Made by a program: the position numbers and the translations under genes. Positions 14,876-15,536 of a stretch of DNA of 15,536 nucleotides are shown here, piece after piece. Positions within the stretch are counted from its first letter, which is position 1, and the number at the start of each line of letters is the position of its first letter. The stretch comes from an uncultured Aminicenantes bacterium (GTDB lineage: Bacteria > Acidobacteriota > Aminicenantia > UBA2199): NCBI GenBank assembly GCA_965195285.1, contig CBDAFS010000008.1, forward strand, positions 1 to 15,536. Reading direction: 5' to 3'. The notes under the pieces are model-generated. The model was not told the DNA's origin, did no database searches, and saw nothing but the letters and a program-made list of their open reading frames with translations.

Positions 14876-15536
14876 ATGGAAAAAATACTGGTGGTTGAAG
14901 ATAACCGTTCAATGCGGGAGATGCTGGATAACATCATATCAGAAAAGGGCTATGGTGTTGAAATCGCAGAAGATGTCAAAACCGCATTGTTGTTTCTGCA
15001 AAGGACCCACTTTTCAGTCATTGTTTCAGACCTTCAACTTCCGGATATGGATGGATTGAGTTTCTTTAAAAAAATCAAATCCAATAAAATTCCCTTTATT
15101 ATACTGACCGCTTACGGCTCCATAGAGCAGGCCGTAGAGGCCATCAAGGAAGGGGCTTTTGATTTTATTTCTAAACCTGTGGATCCGGAATACCTGCTGC
15201 TCATCATTCAAAAAGCACTGGAATCCACCCGGATACTCCGGGAAAATATTATTTTCAAAGAGGCCTATTCATCAGCCCTGGGAGAATCCAAGATCATCGG
15301 TAACAGCCCGAAAATCTTGCAGGAGGCAGAAAAACTGAAACAGGTGGCCGTTACCAACACACCGGTATTGCTTCTGGGTGAAAGCGGAACCGGGAAAGAA
15401 CTATTTGCCCGGGCCATCCACAACCTGAGTCCCCGCAAATCCAAGCCCTTCATGGCCATTAATTCCGCATCCATCCCGGATAATCTGTTGGAAAATGAAC
15501 TCTTTGGCCATGAAACATGTTCCTACACCGATGCCT
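14876..15536 (+). CDS. NtrC/AtoC-family response regulator (REC + sigma54-activator AAA+), truncated at the window end
   Basis: Not in the ORF track because it has no stop. MEKILVVEDNRSMREML..VSDLQLPDMDG..LTAYGS..GAFDFISKP (receiver), LLGESGTGKELFARAIH (Walker A), ENELFGHE. Confidence 0.95.
   Translation, partial: MEKILVVEDNRSMREMLDNIISEKGYGVEIAEDVKTALLFLQRTHFSVIVSDLQLPDMDGLSFFKKIKSNKIPFIILTAYGSIEQAVEAIKEGAFDFISKPVDPEYLLLIIQKALESTRILRENIIFKEAYSSALGESKIIGNSPKILQEAEKLKQVAVTNTPVLLLGESGTGKELFARAIHNLSPRKSKPFMAINSASIPDNLLENELFGHETCSYTDA

Noticed and set aside
10924-15474. Nested ORFs over the kinase, transposase, DUF5916 and regulator genes (e.g. 11336-11581, 12100-12441, 14144-14680, 15026-15211, 15265-15474)
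   Set aside because: Shadow frames of stronger genes. The real gene at the right end is the stop-less + strand ORF from 14876.

Overview
A 15.5-kb stretch of mostly housekeeping bacterial chromosome. It begins with the 5' end of tuf (minus strand, truncated) and its classic upstream tRNA cluster Thr(UGU)-Tyr(GUA)-Gly(UCC)-Thr(GGU), with two tandem sigma70-type promoter matches. Next come a GT2 glycosyltransferase, a C69-family peptidase and queA on the minus strand. On the plus strand are a LeuC/HacA-LeuD/HacB-like two-subunit hydro-lyase, a beta-decarboxylating dehydrogenase and a long PiT-type phosphate transporter. These are followed by an unannotated 35-aa single-pass membrane ORF, a DAG-kinase-family lipid kinase, a DUF5916/CBM9-like outer-membrane protein and a truncated NtrC-type regulator. 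The standout is a 769-bp AT-rich element (11292-12060) encoding one RAYT-like HUH (Y1) transposase. It is bounded by 25-26-bp terminal inverted repeats that are themselves hairpins, and is flanked by a perfect 42-bp direct duplication of the 3' end of the neighbouring gene. That architecture does not fit known IS200/IS605 or REPIN-RAYT behaviour. Several genes also appear to be transcribed as leaderless mRNAs. All calls were made by eye, with no database searches.
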